From: Synechococcus sp. Lanier
GTDB taxonomy: Bacteria; Cyanobacteriota; Cyanobacteriia; PCC-6307; Cyanobiaceae
Direction of reading: 5' to 3'
DNA length: 64,000 nucleotides
Assembly: GCA_002151525.1 (NCBI GenBank)
Contig: MWMJ01000001.1
Location: forward strand, 48,383-112,382
Shown here: piece after piece, positions 9,654 through 18,219 of the stretch
Numbering within the stretch: position 1 is the first letter of the stretch
Layout: each line of letters opens with the position of its first letter
Position numbers and translations under genes: made by a program
The notes under the pieces: model-generated
What the model saw: the letters and a program-made list of their open reading frames with translations, nothing else
Told to the model about the DNA's origin: nothing
Database searches by the model: none

Positions 9654-10874
9654 TCAAGCGGGGATTACTTCAAGCAGGCAGGCGGACTGCAAATCCCAGC
9701 GGCCTGAAATGGCTTGAAGCCTTGTTAGATCCCATTCCTCAAGCCATCGCAATGGTTGATCCAATGCACATAGGCGCCTTTGCAATCTCGCTTGCCCCAT
9801 GTGATGGGTCACTTGACTGATCGCTTCAAGGCCAAAGGTATAGCCATTTGCCACCATACGTTTTGAGCGCTCAAGTTCAAGCTTGCCAAGTCCCTCCTGG
9901 GCCTCTTTAAGCAACTTTTGCAATTCCAATCGAACCTTTGATAGGTGTTCCAGATCGGTAACCGCCTCAAGGATCACCAAACTGCCCCGCTCCAGGGGAT
10001 GAACATCCACATTGATTGATTCAACCAACTGAAGCTTTTCACGCAGATGTTTTACGAGCCTGGATGAGCGGCCCTCAGCAAGGGCACTGGCCCAAAGGTC
10101 TATCCCCATTAGTGCTTGGGGATTTGAGGCCGGAGGAGCGGGCCATGCCACTAGGAGTCGAGCGGATTCCAACCGGGGTACACGCAACAAATGCTCCCCC
10201 GGTTGCCAAAACATCAACAAATCATCTGGTGTGCCCACTACAGAGCCAGGATCGAGGCTGCCCATTGGTCCAGCACCTAGCCAGCTCAGCAACTTTTCTG
10301 GATCAAAACAGCCGCCTACAGCGATGCTGCAGTTTGCCGCCTGGTAGTGACGTTGCTGAAAATTACGCATTCCATCCGGTTGATGGCTGAGTAAATCGGA
10401 GCGCAAGCCAAGAATCGGCCTGCCGTATGGGTGGCTGCCACAGGCGAGTTGCATTAGTGCCTGAAAGGCAACCTCCTCTGGTTGATCCTCGCTTTGCGAG
10501 AGCTCCTCGAGCACCACCAGGCGCTCCATTTGAAATTCCTTTGGCTCAAAACCCGGCTCCAACACCAGATGGGGAAGTAATTCGCAGGCAACGGCAATGC
10601 CTGAGGCCGGAATTATCAAGTGATAGTGAACCTCGTCGTAGCCGGTGGCAGCATTGCTAGAGCCGCCCAGGGATTCGATTTGGAGATCAAATGACCCTGG
10701 AGGCAGCCGTTCATTTCCCTTGAAAACCATGTGCTCAAGGAAATGGGCTATGCCGCTTTCCCCCTCCTGCTCCATGGCACTACCTGCCTGGCACCAAAAA
10801 TCAAGACAAACAACCGAAGAATCTTGCTGGGGGAGGCAAGTAACCGAGCAACCATTTGCAAGCTGAAGCTCCAT
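9654..10874 (-). CDS. M16 family zinc peptidase, active subunit
   Basis: GIAHFLEHMVFKG, NAATG, ER-VVLEE, HPYGRPILG. Confidence 0.92.
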   Translation of the reverse strand: MELQLANGCSVTCLPQQDSSVVCLDFWCQAGSAMEQEGESGIAHFLEHMVFKGNERLPPGSFDLQIESLGGSSNAATGYDEVHYHLIIPASGIAVACELLPHLVLEPGFEPKEFQMERLVVLEELSQSEDQPEEVAFQALMQLACGSHPYGRPILGLRSDLLSHQPDGMRNFQQRHYQAANCSIAVGGCFDPEKLLSWLGAGPMGSLDPGSVVGTPDDLLMFWQPGEHLLRVPRLESARLLVAWPAPPASNPQALMGIDLWASALAEGRSSRLVKHLREKLQLVESINVDVHPLERGSLVILEAVTDLEHLSKVRLELQKLLKEAQEGLGKLELERSKRMVANGYTFGLEAISQVTHHMGQARLQRRLCALDQPLRWLEEWDLTRLQAISGRWDLQSACLLEVIPA

Positions 10875-10988
10875 TGGTGCCGGAAAGCCAAGGGCAAAGC
10901 GAGAATTAATCAGGGCTCTTGTAACGCTTAACAGCCATCATGGTCTGGCCAGTGGCCCTTAGGCTCCAGAAACTGCGTATTGCGGCAG

Positions 10989-11723
10989 ATGAATACACCC
11001 CATCCATTGGTAGATCGCATCGCCCAATCCCTCCTCCCCCTTTGGAAGGATCTGCCAGAGGTGGCAGCCCTGCCCTTAGAGGCAAACCTCCGTGAGGTAC
11101 GCGGCGAACTGGAAGGTGATGAAATGGCCATCAATAATGAATTACTACGCTGCCGTGGAATTCGTAAAATTCATCTTGAAACAGCTCATATTGGCAGAAA
11201 TCTAGATATTCTCCACTGCGTAATGTTCCCAGATCCTTGTTTTAATCTACCTTTATTTGGCGCTGATATCGTTGCTGGTAGAGCTGGCATTTCAGCTGCA
11301 ATTGTTGATTTGTCCCCCACCAATGATGATTTGCCTCCAGCCATAAAAATAGGCTTGCAACAAATAAAACGCAACAATTATTCCCAGGTGAGGGAAGTGC
11401 CACCTTGGGGAACAATTTTCTCCTCCCATGTGTTGTTTGTGCGGCCAACTTCTTCTATTGAAGAGAATTGGTTTTTAACTGATCTATTGGCATTTCACCA
11501 GGTATATTTAGAACAGCTAAGGCTGAGCATGCCCCAGTCGCCTGATCATCCAGATAGCCTAAGGCGTTATCACGGGCAATTGCACTACTGCCAACAGCAA
11601 AGGCGAAACGATAAAACCAGAAGGGTTCTAGAGGCAGCATTTAATCCACAGTGGGCAGAGAATTACATTCAGAATCTCCTCTTCGACGACCCCCTGCCTC
11701 CGGCAGAACACCCCAGTGGCTGA
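10989..11723 (+). CDS. pcyA: Phycocyanobilin:ferredoxin oxidoreductase
   Basis: RKIHLE, LDILHCVMFPDP, LPLFGADIV, SAAIVDLSP, QRRNDKTRRVLE. Confidence 0.96.
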   Translation: MNTPHPLVDRIAQSLLPLWKDLPEVAALPLEANLREVRGELEGDEMAINNELLRCRGIRKIHLETAHIGRNLDILHCVMFPDPCFNLPLFGADIVAGRAGISAAIVDLSPTNDDLPPAIKIGLQQIKRNNYSQVREVPPWGTIFSSHVLFVRPTSSIEENWFLTDLLAFHQVYLEQLRLSMPQSPDHPDSLRRYHGQLHYCQQQRRNDKTRRVLEAAFNPQWAENYIQNLLFDDPLPPAEHPSG

Positions 11724-12642
11724 AGCTGTGAAAAAATCGAGGCGTAGATGGTTGTTGGGGCTTGCTGGCGCCGGCCTTTTGGTGGCAATTGGAAGCATGG
11801 CAAGCATCAGGCTTTTCCCAGCTTCTGCCAGTAAAACCGCACTCAAACCGGTAAACAAGCCCGATCGCCCCCTTGGCGTTACTGCCCTGGGACGATTGCT
11901 ACCCGCAGGAGATGTGCGCCGCCTGGCTGCACCCAGTGGTGCAATGGGTACTTCACCGCGGGTTTCAGTGCTCCACGTAGATGTGGGTGATCAGGTTCAG
12001 GCTGGTGCGCTGCTGGCAAGTTTTGATAGCAAAATTGATGCGCAAGCTGATTTAGCTCTGGCCAGGGCCAGCATCAGCAGCCTGAGGGAAAGACAACGGC
12101 TGCTCAGGGTTGAACTATCCCGTTATCAGAAATTGCAACAGCAGGGTGTTGTGTCTTTGGAGGGGCTTGAATCAAGACAATTGAAATTACTCGAAATTGA
12201 TCAACAACTTATAACTGCCCTAGCTGAATTACAACGGCAGGAAGTGAAGCTCCCCTTCACAGAATTGCGTGCACCATTTGCAGGAACAATACTACAAATC
12301 CACGCTCGCAGCGGTGAAAGACCAGGAGTAAAGGGTGTTCTAGATATTGGCCAAAGCAGCGAAATGGAAGCGGAGCTTGAAGTATACGAAAGTGACATTG
12401 ATCGTGTTCGAATTGGTCAGTTTGCTAAGTTGCGCAGCGAAAATGGAGGCTTTTCAGATTATCTAGTTGGTAGGGTTTCTCGGATCGACCCACAGGTTAA
12501 ACAAAGGGATGTTTTATCTACCGATCCAACCGCTGATACCGACGCTAGAGTGGTAAGCGTTAGGATTAGTTTGATTCCATCTGATCGCAAGAAGGTTGAA
12601 AAACTTTCTGGCCTAAAGGTTATTGGCAATTTAGCACCTTAG
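11716..12642 (+). CDS. devB: DevB-like membrane fusion (periplasmic adaptor) protein
   Basis: N-terminal TM, VTALGRL-P, coiled coil, LRAPFAGTILQI, EVYESDI, DP---TDARVV. Confidence 0.85.
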   Translation: MAEAVKKSRRRWLLGLAGAGLLVAIGSMASIRLFPASASKTALKPVNKPDRPLGVTALGRLLPAGDVRRLAAPSGAMGTSPRVSVLHVDVGDQVQAGALLASFDSKIDAQADLALARASISSLRERQRLLRVELSRYQKLQQQGVVSLEGLESRQLKLLEIDQQLITALAELQRQEVKLPFTELRAPFAGTILQIHARSGERPGVKGVLDIGQSSEMEAELEVYESDIDRVRIGQFAKLRSENGGFSDYLVGRVSRIDPQVKQRDVLSTDPTADTDARVVSVRISLIPSDRKKVEKLSGLKVIGNLAP

Positions 12643-12655
12643 TGGCAGTAAAATT

Positions 12656-13828
12656 ATGTTCTTAACCATATGGCGGAAAAGAAAAATACCCTTAGCTTGG
12701 CTCTTGCTTACCCGTCAACCCGTTCGCTTAGCAATAGCCCTAGCTGGAATTAGTTTTGCCGGGATATTGATGTTTATGCAGCTTGGTTTCAGGGATGGAT
12801 TGTTTGACGCAAGTGTAACTATTCACCGCCTCTTTGATGCTGATTTGGTTCTAACCAGCCCTCGCTCCATGAGTTCTATCAGCATGGCTGGTTTTCCAGA
12901 GCGAAGGCTGATTCAAACCCTTGCCGATCCCGAAGTTGCTGATGTTTCACCTGTGCACTGGAACTTTGTGCTCTGGCGCAATCCTGAAACAAGAACAACC
13001 AGATCAATTCTTGCCCTCGGATTTGAACCAAGTGATCCGCTACTAATTGATCCGCTAGTTCAAAAGCAATCAAGCTTTCTGCGTCAAAAGGGGAGGGTAT
13101 TATTTGATGAACGCTCCCGCAATGAATTCGGTCCCGTAGCCAAATGGTTTCGTAGCGGTAAAACCGTTGATTCTGAAGTTGCAGGGGTGAGGCTTCGTGT
13201 TGCAGGCCTTGTTCAATTGGGACCATCCTTTGGTGCAGACGGTAATATGATCATTAGTAGGGAAACTTTTCGCAGCATTATTCCCAATAGTCCAAAGGGA
13301 AGCATTGAGCTTGGCTTAGTTCGTCTGACACCAGGATCTGATCCAATTCTTGTGGCTGAAAGGCTGAAAGAGCAGCTTCCAAACGATATAACTATTTTTA
13401 CAAAAGAGCAATTTATAGAATTTGAAAAAAATTATTGGCGCTCTAGCACAGCTATAGGTTTTATATTTACCCTCGGAGCAGCTATGGGTTTCGTTGTTGG
13501 CTGTGTAATAGTTTATCAAATCTTATATGGTGATGTAAGCGATCATTTAGCTGAATATGCCACATTGATGGCCATGGGCTACAGGCTAAAGGACCTTCTC
13601 GCTGTTGTTGCTAGGGAGGGGTTGTTGCTTGCATTAATTGGTTATCTACCTGCCTATGCAGCGGGTGAGGGGCTTTATGCATTAATCCGAACCTCAACAA
13701 AATTGCCCGTTTCGATGGAATTTAATCGGGCATTTTTGGTTCTAAGCATGATCCTTGTGATGTGCCTTGGCTCAGCCCTTTTGGCAATGCGCAAATTGGT
13801 TGATGCCGATCCAGCTGAGATTTTTTAA
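12656..13828 (+). CDS. devC: DevC-like ABC exporter permease (MacB/FtsX type)
   Basis: IPLAWL, GISFAGILMFMQLGF, YQILY-DVSDHLAEYATLMAMGY, ADPAEIF. Confidence 0.92.
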   Translation: MFLTIWRKRKIPLAWLLLTRQPVRLAIALAGISFAGILMFMQLGFRDGLFDASVTIHRLFDADLVLTSPRSMSSISMAGFPERRLIQTLADPEVADVSPVHWNFVLWRNPETRTTRSILALGFEPSDPLLIDPLVQKQSSFLRQKGRVLFDERSRNEFGPVAKWFRSGKTVDSEVAGVRLRVAGLVQLGPSFGADGNMIISRETFRSIIPNSPKGSIELGLVRLTPGSDPILVAERLKEQLPNDITIFTKEQFIEFEKNYWRSSTAIGFIFTLGAAMGFVVGCVIVYQILYGDVSDHLAEYATLMAMGYRLKDLLAVVAREGLLLALIGYLPAYAAGEGLYALIRTSTKLPVSMEFNRAFLVLSMILVMCLGSALLAMRKLVDADPAEIF

Positions 13829-14542
13829 ATGAATAAACTCAGTTCCCAAGTATTGATCAATGCGGTTGGCCTATGCCATAGCTACGGAAAAGGCAGCATG
13901 GGCCGTTTGGTTTTAGAAAATATTAATCTGTGCCTGCATGCTGGTGAAGTTGTTCTCTTAACAGGCCCATCCGGTTGCGGAAAAACAACCCTGCTCACTT
14001 TGATTGGAGCCCTACGCAGCGTTCAAGAGGGCGAACTCGAGGTACTTGGAGTGCCTTTAAGAGGTGCCAATCGCGAGCAGTGCCGCAGGGTGCGTGAACG
14101 CATTGGCATGATTTTTCAAGGCCACAACTTATTGCGCTGTTTAACAGCCGAACAAAACGTTCAAATGGGTGCCGACCTGTTGCCTGATCTTGGCTATGGC
14201 GGCCGCCGCGCCATGGCCAGGGAATGGTTGCGGGCAGTGGGACTTGGTGATCAGCTCAACAAGCTTCCCCACGATCTTTCTGGGGGCCAGAAACAAAGGG
14301 TAGCGATTGCCAGGGCGCTAGCTGCCCATCCAAAACTTCTACTAGCCGATGAACCCACCGCAGCCCTCGATGGCCGCACTGGCAGGGAGGTTGTAGAGCT
14401 ACTCCAGTCGTTGGCCCGTGATCAGGGTTGTGGGGTGTTGATGGTTACCCACGATCCCCGCATCCTTGATGTGGCGGATCGATTGATTCAAATGGAAGAC
14501 GGGCAGTTGCAGGAGGTGAGCTTGGGCAACCCCCCGAGGTAA
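13829..14542 (+). CDS. devA: DevA-like ABC transporter ATPase
   Basis: GPSGCGKTTLLTLIGALRSVQEG, LSGGQKQRVAIARAL, LLADEPTAALD, VTHD. Confidence 0.92.
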   Translation: MNKLSSQVLINAVGLCHSYGKGSMGRLVLENINLCLHAGEVVLLTGPSGCGKTTLLTLIGALRSVQEGELEVLGVPLRGANREQCRRVRERIGMIFQGHNLLRCLTAEQNVQMGADLLPDLGYGGRRAMAREWLRAVGLGDQLNKLPHDLSGGQKQRVAIARALAAHPKLLLADEPTAALDGRTGREVVELLQSLARDQGCGVLMVTHDPRILDVADRLIQMEDGQLQEVSLGNPPR

Positions 14543-14572
14543 AGTGATTTAACTATTTACGAGGTTGTTCTT

Positions 14573-14728
14573 TTGTCGAAGCGCAGGAACCTGAAACGGG
14601 AAAAGCAAGAACGGAACAGGGCCTATGCCCGCAAGTTCAAGAAGCGCAAGCTACGCAACGACGGCCGCGGTGAAGGCGCTGGCAACGGTGTTACAGGCAC
14701 TGCTAACAACGGTGGCGCCGCCGACTAA
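14573..14728 (+). CDS. 51-aa Lys/Arg-rich small protein of unknown function (not in ORF track)
   Basis: TTG start 7 nt after GAGGT (14561-14565). Translates to MSKRRNLKREKQERNRAYARKFKKRKLRNDGRGEGAGNGVTGTANNGGAAD and fills the devA-GT2 gap. Confidence 0.8.
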   Translation: MSKRRNLKREKQERNRAYARKFKKRKLRNDGRGEGAGNGVTGTANNGGAAD

Positions 14729-14779
14729 TCCCTAGCCATTGCCGCGATCGGCGATTATGGGCAAACCGCTGAGGTTTAA

Positions 14780-15709
14780 ATGCTATTTAGCATTGTGATA
14801 CCCACCTATAATCGCCTGCCGATTTTGCGCAAATGCCTTGCTGCCCTTGAGGCGCAGCAAGGAATGGAGCCTGGCGATCAATTTGAGATTGTTTTAGTAG
14901 ACGATGGCTCAACGGATGAAACCGTCCCATGGCTCCATGCCAATAAAGCCCTGCTCCCCCATCTTCGGCTTGTGTGCCAAGACCATGGCGGGCCAGCCCT
15001 CGGTCGCAATTTGGGGGTAGCAGAGGCAAAAGGTGAAGTTATTGTTTTTATCGATAGCGATCTAGTTGTTCTACCAAATTTTTTGGCTGAGCATGGTCGG
15101 GCCTTGAGGCGCTCATGGCAACGGCAGGGGAATCGGCTTTGCTTTACCTATGGAGCTGTAATCAACACCCATAATTTTGATGCTCCAAACAGTGAACCCC
15201 ACAAACTAAGCGATCTGTCTTGGGCCTATTTCGCCACCGGTAATGTGGCGATTGATCGCTCCCTTTTGCAGCGTTCTGGTCTTTTTGATCCCGCTTTTCA
15301 GCTCTATGGCTGGGAGGATTTGGAATTGGGCGAAAGGCTGAGGCGCATGGGTGTTGTTTTGGTGCGTTGCCCAGGGGCGGTTGGCTACCACTGGCATCCA
15401 CCGTTAAGCCTTGAACAACTGCCTGAGCTGGTGAGAAAAGAGCAAGAAAGAGCACGAATGGGCTTGGTTTTTTACCGTAAGCACCCCACCCGCAGGGTTC
15501 GTTTCATTATTCAATTCACCTTCCTGCATCGTTTGCTTTGGGAGCTGCTCACCCTTGGTGGACTGCTCAACGAAAACAGCCTCAAACCGCTTCTAGCTCT
15601 ATTGATCAAACAGGGACACCCTGGGGTAGCAATGGAGTTGCTCAGGCTGCCCTTAAACCGCATCGGCGTGAGGGCAATGTTTAGGGAGGCCAGGCAGGCA
15701 GGCTGGTAG
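14780..15709 (+). CDS. Glycosyltransferase family 2
   Basis: SIVIPTYNR, LVDDGSTD, FIDSD, YGWEDLELGERL. Confidence 0.92.
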   Translation: MLFSIVIPTYNRLPILRKCLAALEAQQGMEPGDQFEIVLVDDGSTDETVPWLHANKALLPHLRLVCQDHGGPALGRNLGVAEAKGEVIVFIDSDLVVLPNFLAEHGRALRRSWQRQGNRLCFTYGAVINTHNFDAPNSEPHKLSDLSWAYFATGNVAIDRSLLQRSGLFDPAFQLYGWEDLELGERLRRMGVVLVRCPGAVGYHWHPPLSLEQLPELVRKEQERARMGLVFYRKHPTRRVRFIIQFTFLHRLLWELLTLGGLLNENSLKPLLALLIKQGHPGVAMELLRLPLNRIGVRAMFREARQAGW

Positions 15710-15812
15710 GTTGTAAAGGTTCTTTCATTCCGCACACCCGCACGTTTCGGGTGAAGAGCAACCCTCTGGTTGATCTTCCCTGGCGGGTGGTGGCCAACCC
15801 GAAACCCCACCG
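15704..15812 (+). promoter_or_regulatory. rpsB promoter and S2-type autoregulatory leader RNA
   Basis: Extended -10 TGG-TAGGTT at 15704-15712. Stem CACCCGC(15735-41)/GCGGGTG(15783-89), inner hairpin 15753-15778, and pseudoknot-like pairing TTTCGGGT(15745-52)/ACCCGAAA(15797-804), as in known rpsB leaders. Confidence 0.72.
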
Positions 15813-16532
15813 ATGGCAGTTGTAACCCTCTCCGAGATGATGGAGGCTGGTGCCCACTTTGGTCACCAGACCCGCCGCTGGAATCCCAAGATGCAGCGGT
15901 ACATATATTGCGCCCGCAATGGCGTGCACATCATCGATCTTGTGCAAACGGCAGTTTGCATGAACAACGCTTACAAATGGACCCGCAGCGCCGCCCGTTC
16001 CGGCAAACGCTTCCTTTTTGTTGGCACTAAAAAACAAGCCGCTGAAGTTATTGCCCAAGAGGCAGGTCGTTGTGGCGCCAGCTATGTGAACCAGCGTTGG
16101 TTGGGTGGAATGCTCACCAACTGGACCACGATGAGGGCGAGAATAGATCGCCTAAAAGATCTAGAACGCATGGAAAGTTCTGGAGCGATAGCCATGCGTC
16201 CTAAAAAGGAGGCAGCGGTTCTCCGTAGGGAGTTGGATCGTCTACAAAAATATCTTGGCGGTTTAAAAAATATGCGGCGCCTTCCAGATGTGGTTGTTCT
16301 CGTAGACCAAAAACGCGAATACAACGCTGTTCTGGAGTGCCAGAAACTGGATATTCCCTTGGTATCAATGTTAGATACCAATTGCGACCCAGATCTCTGT
16401 GATGTGCCCATTCCTTGCAACGACGACGCGATTCGTTCCGTTCAATTAGTGGTTGGCCGTTTGGCTGATGCCATCAACGAAGGTCGCCATGGTGCCCATG
16501 ACCAAGGCGCAGAGTCCGATGATGAGGGCTAA
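15813..16532 (+). CDS. rpsB: 30S ribosomal protein S2
   Basis: [50 protein letters not shown]. Confidence 0.99.
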   Translation: MAVVTLSEMMEAGAHFGHQTRRWNPKMQRYIYCARNGVHIIDLVQTAVCMNNAYKWTRSAARSGKRFLFVGTKKQAAEVIAQEAGRCGASYVNQRWLGGMLTNWTTMRARIDRLKDLERMESSGAIAMRPKKEAAVLRRELDRLQKYLGGLKNMRRLPDVVVLVDQKREYNAVLECQKLDIPLVSMLDTNCDPDLCDVPIPCNDDAIRSVQLVVGRLADAINEGRHGAHDQGAESDDEG

Positions 16533-16585
16533 TAGCCCTCCATCCGCTTTCCCCCTACAATCCGCCCCGTCCCCCAGTGCCGCCC

Positions 16586-17239
16586 ATGGCTGAGATTTCT
16601 GCAAAGCTTGTTAAGGAACTGCGCGACCAAACCGGCGCTGGAATGATGGATTGCAAAAAGGCACTAAAGGAAGTCGAAGGAGACCTTCAAAAGGCCACTG
16701 AATGGCTTCGTCAGAAAGGTATTGCCTCAGCAGAAAAGAAGGCAGGTCGCACAGCTGCAGAAGGTTCTGTTGGTAGCTACATCCACACCGGTGCTCGCGT
16801 TGGCGTACTGGTTGAGGTGAATTGCGAAACAGATTTCGTGGCAAGGGGCGAAATTTTCCAAGAGTTAGTACGCAATGTGGCAATGCAAATTGCCGCATGC
16901 CCTAATGTTGAATTTGTTAGTACGGAAAACATTCCCTCTGAAGTGGCTGAGCGGGAATCTGCAATTGAGGCAGGCAGGGATGATTTAGGAAACAAACCCG
17001 AGGCGATGAAGGCAAAAATTGTTGAAGGTAGAGTGGCTAAACGCTTAAAAGAACTTGCTTTGCTGGAGCAACCCTACATAAAAGATAGTTCATTGACAGT
17101 TTCTGAGTTGGTTAAGCAAGTTGCTGGAACCCTTGGCGAAAACATACAAGTCCGTCGCTTTACGCGCTATACCCTCGGCGAGGGGATTGTTGTTGAAAAG
17201 AGTGATTTTGCAGCTGAAGTAGCTGCCATGACTGTTTGA
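16586..17239 (+). CDS. tsf: Elongation factor Ts (short cyanobacterial form)
   Basis: [43 protein letters not shown]. Confidence 0.98.
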   Translation: MAEISAKLVKELRDQTGAGMMDCKKALKEVEGDLQKATEWLRQKGIASAEKKAGRTAAEGSVGSYIHTGARVGVLVEVNCETDFVARGEIFQELVRNVAMQIAACPNVEFVSTENIPSEVAERESAIEAGRDDLGNKPEAMKAKIVEGRVAKRLKELALLEQPYIKDSSLTVSELVKQVAGTLGENIQVRRFTRYTLGEGIVVEKSDFAAEVAAMTV

Positions 17240-18219
17240 GTATTGATATATCTGGCGGCTCATCTGAACCACGCCAACAACTCGGTTTGATTAAAGCTAA
17301 GGCTGAAAAAGCTGCCTTGGTGATCTATCCTTTACTTGAAAAGTATCTTTCCTTATTACGAATTCAGTTGGAGCCGGCAATTTTGCAGGCTGTTTTTCAA
17401 TTGGTAACCCAGCATTATCCAGAGGTTTTTAATAACCTTAGCGATCAAGAACGTTCAGTTTTCCGCGAAAGACTCAAATGGCTAAGTGGGAAGTGCCTTG
17501 ATTTTTTAAGCAACGAAAAACTATTGAACTTAGCAATCAAATTGCAAGTTCATGATCCTGAACCCCAACAATTAGAAGTAGTAAGTCCTCAATATAATGA
17601 TCCACCTGGTTCAATTTCATTGTCTATGGAGCTCGCTCCGCTTATGGAGGGATTCAATCCAAATGATTTCAGCCAAAAAAATATTGATGATCCCAGGGTT
17701 TTCCCAGCAACAATCGACGCCCTAAGGCAAATATTTGAAATCAGCTCCCTTAGGGCTGCAAAAGGCATCCAACAACCATTCCCAATGCCAAATGATCCAG
17801 TTGGCCTGCATAACTGGCTGTTGGCTTGGGACTACGCGCTAACCCGCAGGTTGCGAAATCTTAGTAACGCCTTGAATGTTGAACTATTTCGCCATGGCAT
17901 GGGAAACCAGGTTTTACCAATCGCCCTGCTCGATGCTGTTATTGAAGGTGGTGCCGATGCCCTATCGGCACCAGCAAATTTATTGGCGGTTCGTATGCCC
18001 TATCCCCTTGGACAAGATTCAGAAATTGCACTCCATGGCGTACTCCTGCGCAGCAGTGATATGGAATACCTTTATCCATCCCTGCGAACAATTCGGGCTC
18101 GGATCAACCAAATCAGAACCAAATTGCTCAGAATGGCAAGTAGATCCCAGCATTTGCATCAGCAGCTGGCCATACGCAAGGCTGAACAGCAGTGGATGGA
18201 AGACAACCGACAAAACTAG
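17236..18219 (+). CDS. Hypothetical protein
   Basis: 327-aa ORF filling the tsf-recG gap, overlapping both neighbours. No motif recognised with confidence. Confidence 0.75.
   Translation: MSIDISGGSSEPRQQLGLIKAKAEKAALVIYPLLEKYLSLLRIQLEPAILQAVFQLVTQHYPEVFNNLSDQERSVFRERLKWLSGKCLDFLSNEKLLNLAIKLQVHDPEPQQLEVVSPQYNDPPGSISLSMELAPLMEGFNPNDFSQKNIDDPRVFPATIDALRQIFEISSLRAAKGIQQPFPMPNDPVGLHNWLLAWDYALTRRLRNLSNALNVELFRHGMGNQVLPIALLDAVIEGGADALSAPANLLAVRMPYPLGQDSEIALHGVLLRSSDMEYLYPSLRTIRARINQIRTKLLRMASRSQHLHQQLAIRKAEQQWMEDNRQN

Noticed and set aside
8387-10874. Tandem M16 peptidases, one lacking HxxEH (possible pseudogene or novel system)
   Set aside because: Active/inactive M16B pairs are a well-known heterodimer arrangement, and both ORFs are intact.
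10915-10940. TGTAACGCTTAACA upstream of pcyA as an NtcA or HLR1 site
   Set aside because: Spacing fits neither GTA-N8-TAC nor the 10-nt-period HLR1 direct repeat.
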